Assembly: GCA_016840425.1 (NCBI GenBank)
Contig: JAEOSI010000058.1
Location: 1-10,829 of the forward strand
Reading direction: 5' to 3'
Source: Candidatus Wukongarchaeum yapensis
GTDB lineage: Archaea; Asgardarchaeota; Wukongarchaeia; Wukongarchaeales; Wukongarchaeaceae
DNA: 10,829 nt
Every line of letters starts with the position of its first letter. Within the stretch, counting starts at the first letter, position 1. The notes under the pieces are model-generated. The model did no database searches and was not told the DNA's origin. It saw only the letters and a program-made list of their open reading frames with translations. The position numbers and the translations under genes were made by a program. Of the stretch, positions 6,810 to 10,829 are shown one piece after another.

Positions 6810-8578
6810 TTTTTATACCTCCTTGGCCATGGTTCGCATGGGATAGGTTGATCTGTGCTTCCTCCTGCAGGAACCATGGGAAAAACGTTTTCATTCTTAT
6901 CAACTGCAATGTCGATAACAACAGTGTGATCTGCTTTCTTTGCCTCTCTAAGCGCTGGTCCTATTTCGCTCGGGTTTTCAATTCTTATGCCTTCTAAGCC
7001 GTAAGCTTCTGTAATTTTAACAAAATCTGGCACGGTTCCAAGATCTGTTTCCACGAATCTTTTCTCGAAAAACAAGCTCTGCCACTGTCTGACCATTCCA
7101 AGAGATCTGTCATCAAGGATTATAACTGTTACGGGTATGTTTTCCACAAAACTTGTAGCAAGGTCTTGATGCGTCATCAAGAAGGAACCATCCCCATCAA
7201 CGTCGACGACCCATGAGTCGGGTTTAGCCACTTTTGCACCAAGGGATGCTGGAAAACCGAACCCCATAGTGCCTAGTCCCCCGCTAGAAATGAACCTTCT
7301 TGGCTTTCTAATACGTAGATGATGCGCTGCCCACATCTGATTCCTTCCGACACCTGTTACGACGATGCTGTCGTCGTCAAGGACTTTTTGTAGTTCTTTC
7401 ATTATGTATTGGGGTTTTATCGGTGTTACTGGTTCGTACTCTTCCAAGCAGTCACATGCTTCCCGCATCTCTTTAATCCTTTTTTGCCAAGCAGTCTTTT
7501 TATCACTGTTGGAGCTTGAAGAAGTGATAAGGGTTTTTAATCCTTCAATTAATTGTCTCAACACTGTTTTTGCATCACCCACTATAGGGTAATCCACTAA
7601 TACATTTTTACTTATTTCAGCGCTATCTATATCGATATGGATTATTTTCGACTCGGTAAGAAATGTTGTAAGGTCTGCTGTAACCCTGTCATCAAACCGC
7701 ATACCCACCGCTAAAATAACGTCTGCTTTGTTTATATTTAAGTTGGCACACATTTTCCCATGCATGCCCACCATTCCAAGGCAGTAAGGATGGTCTTCAG
7801 GAATTGTTCCTTTTCCCATTAAAGTTGTTACGACGGGAATGCCGAGCATTTCCACTAGCTCTATTAATTCAGGGCTTGCATTAGAAGCGGTAACTCCCCC
7901 TCCGGCTATTATTAAAGGTCTTTCTGCTTCAAGCAAAGCCTTGGCCGCCCTTTTTATTTGTAAGGGATGGCCTTTAATATTGGGATTATAACCGGCGATC
8001 TCTAATTCTCCTTCATAAAAATAGACTTCATCCTCGCCTACCTGTATATCTTTTGGCAGATCCACCAAGACAGGGCCAGGTCTTCCCGTTCTGGCTAACT
8101 GAAAAGCCATCTTAATAATTAGGGGTATATCCTTAACGCGACGGATCTGAAAGCTACTTTTAACTATTGGCATCGTGATGCCTATTATGTCTGCTTCTTG
8201 AAAGGCATCACCTCCTATAAGAGAAGTGGCGACTTGGCCGGTTAAAGCGACTACTGAAGAGCTATCCATCCACGCGTCTGCGATACCTGTTACAAGGTTG
8301 GTGGCTCCTGGACCTGATGTTGCCATGCAAACGCCTACTTCTCCGCTTGCCCGCGCATAACCTTCGGCTGCGTGGGCTGCGACTTGTTCGTGTCGACAGA
8401 GTATGTTGTTTAATTCGCCCGCTTTTTCATATTCTTGAAGTGCATCGTAAAGGATCATTATAGCTCCGCCAGTTATGCCAAAGATGTTTTTTACTTTTTC
8501 CCGTTTAAGGCTTTCAGCTATGACTTTTGCACCTTTCATAAATGGCACTTTTTTATCACATCCTGTTGTTTCTGTCAT
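6806..8578 (-). CDS. ilvB: Acetohydroxyacid (acetolactate) synthase catalytic subunit
   Basis: RHEQVAAHAAEGYAR, ATSGPGATNLVTG, GQV, GRPGPVLVDLPKD, GMRFDDRVT, SGGLGTMGFG, ThDP motif GDGSFLM, LGMVRQWQ, ENVFPMVPAG. Confidence 0.98.
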   Translation of the reverse strand: MTETTGCDKKVPFMKGAKVIAESLKREKVKNIFGITGGAIMILYDALQEYEKAGELNNILCRHEQVAAHAAEGYARASGEVGVCMATSGPGATNLVTGIADAWMDSSSVVALTGQVATSLIGGDAFQEADIIGITMPIVKSSFQIRRVKDIPLIIKMAFQLARTGRPGPVLVDLPKDIQVGEDEVYFYEGELEIAGYNPNIKGHPLQIKRAAKALLEAERPLIIAGGGVTASNASPELIELVEMLGIPVVTTLMGKGTIPEDHPYCLGMVGMHGKMCANLNINKADVILAVGMRFDDRVTADLTTFLTESKIIHIDIDSAEISKNVLVDYPIVGDAKTVLRQLIEGLKTLITSSSSNSDKKTAWQKRIKEMREACDCLEEYEPVTPIKPQYIMKELQKVLDDDSIVVTGVGRNQMWAAHHLRIRKPRRFISSGGLGTMGFGFPASLGAKVAKPDSWVVDVDGDGSFLMTHQDLATSFVENIPVTVIILDDRSLGMVRQWQSLFFEKRFVETDLGTVPDFVKITEAYGLEGIRIENPSEIGPALREAKKADHTVVIDIAVDKNENVFPMVPAGGSTDQPIPCEPWPRRYKK

Positions 8579-8610
8579 ATTACGGTTTTGTAGCTGTTTT
8601 TTTTTATTAT

Positions 8611-8620
8611 CATATAATTT
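8611..8620 (-). promoter_or_regulatory. Possible TATA box (AAATTATATG) directly upstream of ilvB
   Basis: TTATAT on the - strand about 35 nt above ATG 8578. No SD before ilvB, consistent with a short-leader or leaderless transcript. Confidence 0.4.
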
Positions 8621-8626
8621 TGTGCA

Positions 8627-8956
8627 TTATTTTAGAGTTATCAAGTTGATTATAAGGGGATTTTTATCATTTTTGGATAACATTTTTTGCTCTATTTTTT
8701 CAGTTTTTAGGCTTTCATAAACGATGATGCCTAGCGCGGTTAAACGAACCCTTATGCCTTTATTATTCTTGTCTCCTGCGATGATCAAGCCTGCTTTTTT
8801 TAATATTTTTAGATTCCAGCGAACAGTTGATAAAGGCATGTTAAACTCTGAGGAAAGTTTCCTTATAAGACGGCTGAGAGTATTATTTTCAACATTTTTT
8901 TCAGCAACAGCGAGCAAAAGAGAGCGTTGTTTCTTGGTTAGTAGATTGTTCACCAA
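8627..8956 (-). CDS. Uncharacterised winged helix-turn-helix protein, putative transcriptional regulator; true start uncertain
   Basis: LTKKQRSLLLAV (helix 1), LSRLIRKLSSEFNMPLSTVRWNLKILKKAGLI (HTH), wing ending VRLTALG, a typical archaeal wHTH pattern. TTG/GTG start at 8956/8953 has no SD; the frame is open up to 9046. Confidence 0.8.
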   Translation of the reverse strand: MVNNLLTKKQRSLLLAVAEKNVENNTLSRLIRKLSSEFNMPLSTVRWNLKILKKAGLIIAGDKNNKGIRVRLTALGIIVYESLKTEKIEQKMLSKNDKNPLIINLITLK

Positions 8957-9076
8957 AAGCAGTATGCATTCGCTTAATTCACATTCGGAACACGGACTAA
9001 CCGTGTACCTGGCTATCCCTCCGTTCCTGAAGAGAACGATACCTCCTCAAAATCTTTCACTCCATAAAATTTTGAA
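8957..9076 (-). other. GC-enriched, hairpin-forming 5' leader (or unannotated N-terminal coding extension) of the wHTH gene
   Basis: Stems found by eye on the - strand: 9076-9046 (11 bp including G-U), 9043-9011 (GG-TATC-GTTC / GAAC-GATA-CC), 9009-8987 (ACACGG-TTAGT-CCGTGT core), weak 8975-8957. Much more GC-rich than flanking intergenic DNA. Confidence 0.45.
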
Positions 9077-9207
9077 CCCGTAAGAAAGGGAAAAGAAAAC
9101 TATTAAGAGTTTTTGCAAGAAGTTCTTTACACTTAAGTTTTAAATTCTTTTCGCTTTTTTTCTGATCGAAAATTTTTTAATTAATAAGTCGGAAGACGAG
9201 GTTACGT

Positions 9208-9224
9208 ACTTTAAGTTATAAAAG
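9208..9224. promoter_or_regulatory. Inverted repeat ACTTTA-N5-TAAAGT overlapping a TATA-like TTATAAA, upstream of the glutamate-synthase-like gene
   Basis: Perfect 6-bp arms. TTATAAA at 9216-9222, about 75 nt above ATG 9296. Confidence 0.4.
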
Positions 9225-9295
9225 TTTCTATAAGAATTTCGGTAAATAGTTGTTAGACTGATTACTTTAAAATAAAAAACATTTGAAGGTGGTTT

Positions 9296-10829
9296 ATGAT
9301 GAATTTAAGGCAACCAAATGCTAATGAAGCGACGAAAACATATAATCGTTCAAGAAGCGTTGTTCCTATGTCTGGGATTTGCACAACTTGTCTTGACGGA
9401 TGTAAAGGCGGTTGTGAGATTTTTATGTCCTCATTCAGAGGCCGTGAGATGCTCTATCCAAAGCCTTTCGGGGAAATAACTTCAGGTTCAGACAAAAACT
9501 ATCCTGTGGATTATTCTCATCTGAATATCCAAGGTTATGCTGTTGGAGCAAAAGGCTTACCTGAAGAGGTTGAAGCTGGTCCTGATACGGCACTTTTCAC
9601 CAAAGTCGATACTGAAACAGAGTATGGATGGGGAAAAAAGGTTAGGATACGCATACCCATTTTCACAGGTGCATTGGGTTCTACAGATATAGCCCGAAAG
9701 AACTGGGAACATTTCGCAGTAGGAGGTGCTATTTCGGGTATTACGGTCGTATGTGGTGAAAATGTGTGTGGAGTGGATTCCGACCTTGAAGTGGATAGTA
9801 AATGTAAGGTTAAGAAGTCTCCGGAGATGGATCGTCGAATAGAGACTTATAGGCGGTTTTACGATGGTTACGGTGAACTTCTTGTCCAGATGAATGTAGA
9901 AGATACAAGGCTTGGGGTAGCAGAATACGTATCGTCAAAACATAATCTTGAGACTATCGAGCTGAAATGGGGTCAAGGCGCTAAATGTATCGGTGGTGAA
10001 ATAAAGGTTAGCACACTAGAAAGAGCTCTTGAGCTTAAAAATAGGGGATATATTGTTCTACCCGATCCAACGCTTCCTGAAAATCAAAAAGCATACAAAA
10101 AAGGAGCGATTGAGGAATTTGAGCGACATTCTCGTTTAGGTTTTGTAAGCCGGGAAGCATTTCTGGAGGAAGTAGATCGTCTTCGTGGTCTTGGATTTAA
10201 GAGAGTCACGCTTAAGACCGGAGCTTATTCCGCAGTAGAGCTTGCTATGGCATTACGTTACGGGGCAGAAGCAAGGATAGACCTTCTTACAATAGACGGT
10301 GCTCCTGGTGGCACAGGAATGAGTCCATGGCCAATGATGAACGAGTGGGGTATCCCGACTTTCTACCTTGAATCTCTTACCTATAAGTTCTGCGAAAAAC
10401 TCTCTAAAAGGGGAATAAGGGTTCCAGATATCGCTATGGCCGGCGGATTTTCCACAGAAGATGGAGTTTTCAAAGCAATTGCCATGGGTAGTCCATATTT
10501 AAAGGCGGTTTGCATGGGAAGAGCTTTGATGATTCCAGGTATGGTGGGGAAAAACATCGGAAATTGGTTAAGCGAAGGCAACTTACCTAAGACTGTTTCA
10601 AGACATGGAAACACAGTTGAAGAAATTTTTGTTTGTTATGAGGAGCTGGAAAATAAGTACGGTGAGGAAATAAAAAACATGCCCTTGGGTGCAATAGGTG
10701 TCTATACATTCTGTCAAAAGATAAAAACGGGGCTACAACAGTTAATGGCTGGAAGTAGGAATTTCAGGCTTTCAACAATCTCTCGTAAAGACCTTATGGC
10801 TCTGACAGAAGAAGCGGCAAAAATTTCCG
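9296..10829 (+). CDS. FMN-binding glutamate synthase family protein (stand-alone FMN/TIM-barrel domain with N-terminal Cys cluster), 3'-truncated by the window edge; absent from the ORF track
   Basis: Hand translation: MMNLRQPNANEAT...SGICTTCLDGCKGGCE...PIFTGALGS...ELKWGQGAKCIGGE...TLKTG...TIDGAPGGTGMSP...AMAGG...KAIAMG...MGRALM...LQQLMAG...KDLMALTEEAAKIS, 511 codons with no stop. Motifs parallel GltB EIKxxQGAK, IDGxxGGTG and GRA. SD GAAGGTGG at 9285-9292. Confidence 0.92.
   Translation, partial: MMNLRQPNANEATKTYNRSRSVVPMSGICTTCLDGCKGGCEIFMSSFRGREMLYPKPFGEITSGSDKNYPVDYSHLNIQGYAVGAKGLPEEVEAGPDTALFTKVDTETEYGWGKKVRIRIPIFTGALGSTDIARKNWEHFAVGGAISGITVVCGENVCGVDSDLEVDSKCKVKKSPEMDRRIETYRRFYDGYGELLVQMNVEDTRLGVAEYVSSKHNLETIELKWGQGAKCIGGEIKVSTLERALELKNRGYIVLPDPTLPENQKAYKKGAIEEFERHSRLGFVSREAFLEEVDRLRGLGFKRVTLKTGAYSAVELAMALRYGAEARIDLLTIDGAPGGTGMSPWPMMNEWGIPTFYLESLTYKFCEKLSKRGIRVPDIAMAGGFSTEDGVFKAIAMGSPYLKAVCMGRALMIPGMVGKNIGNWLSEGNLPKTVSRHGNTVEEIFVCYEELENKYGEEIKNMPLGAIGVYTFCQKIKTGLQQLMAGSRNFRLSTISRKDLMALTEEAAKIS

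Noticed and set aside
7500-7530. Ser-rich insert TSSSSNSDKK in IlvB
   Set aside because: Falls in the variable linker between AHAS domains; no repeat unit or intein motif.
5076-8720. Plus-strand ORFs 5076..5387, 5568..5792, 6334..6534, 6655..6846, 7365..7592 and 8475..8720
   Set aside because: All antisense to well-conserved ilvC, ilvN or ilvB, with no recognisable motifs.
9000-9012. T-box-like CAGGTACACGG
   Set aside because: Lacks the UGGN antiterminator bulge and a Stem I; T-boxes are essentially bacterial.
8990-9033. FMN riboswitch-like words (TCTTCAGG and ACGGTTAGTCCG) in the leader
   Set aside because: Only about 20 nt separate them. The P2-P5 arms and the GGGTGAAATTCCC and GGATG motifs of RFN are absent.
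8724-9083. 119-aa plus-strand ORF opposite the wHTH and its leader
   Set aside because: No SD or motif; the - strand frame has a clear wHTH signature.
1111-9141. Shared 11-mer AAAACTTAAGT in the DPSL promoter (1111-1121, +) and upstream of the wHTH (9141-9131, -)
   Set aside because: Matches this long are expected by chance among very AT-rich intergenic sequences, and the position relative to TATA differs.
10381-10614. 77-aa minus-strand ORF
   Set aside because: Antisense shadow of the glutamate-synthase-like gene.
9296-10829. Possible horizontal origin of the glutamate-synthase-like gene from CGN-rich Arg codons (14/30 by hand, versus 3/15 in ilvD and 0/7 in DPSL)
   Set aside because: ilvC also uses 8/20 CGN, so the contrast is not specific. 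Needs a phylogeny.
1-10829. tRNA, rRNA, CRISPR repeats, IS elements, inteins
   Set aside because: No cloverleaf/T-loop motif, regularly spaced repeats, transposase ORF or in-frame insertion seen.

Overview
AT-rich chromosomal window (roughly 38% GC by eye) from what looks like an anaerobic archaeon, judged from TATA/BRE-type promoters, GGAGGT/GGTGA ribosome sites and archaeal-type IlvB, PyrE and SOR. It holds a branched-chain amino acid (BCAA) locus: the 3' part of ilvD on +, and ilvB-ilvN-ilvC on -. Between them lie a convergent oxidative-stress pair (DPS-like thioferritin, 1Fe superoxide reductase), a class V PLP aminotransferase, pyrE and a small 4-TM membrane protein. The ORF track misses a long gene at 9296 to >10829 (+) that runs off the window: a stand-alone FMN-binding glutamate-synthase-family protein with an N-terminal Cx2Cx3Cx3C motif. 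The most unusual part is 8627-9120 (-), directly upstream of ilvB. An uncharacterised winged-helix gene has a frame that stays open 30 codons above its annotated start (Cys-rich, no ATG/GTG/TTG start). That stretch folds into tandem, partly exclusive hairpins with two SD-like sites, an ATG-GAG-TGA mini-ORF in a hairpin loop, and a possible Leu/Ile/Val leader peptide. This is a candidate undescribed regulator/leader module for archaeal BCAA synthesis. No tRNA, rRNA, CRISPR array or mobile element was seen.
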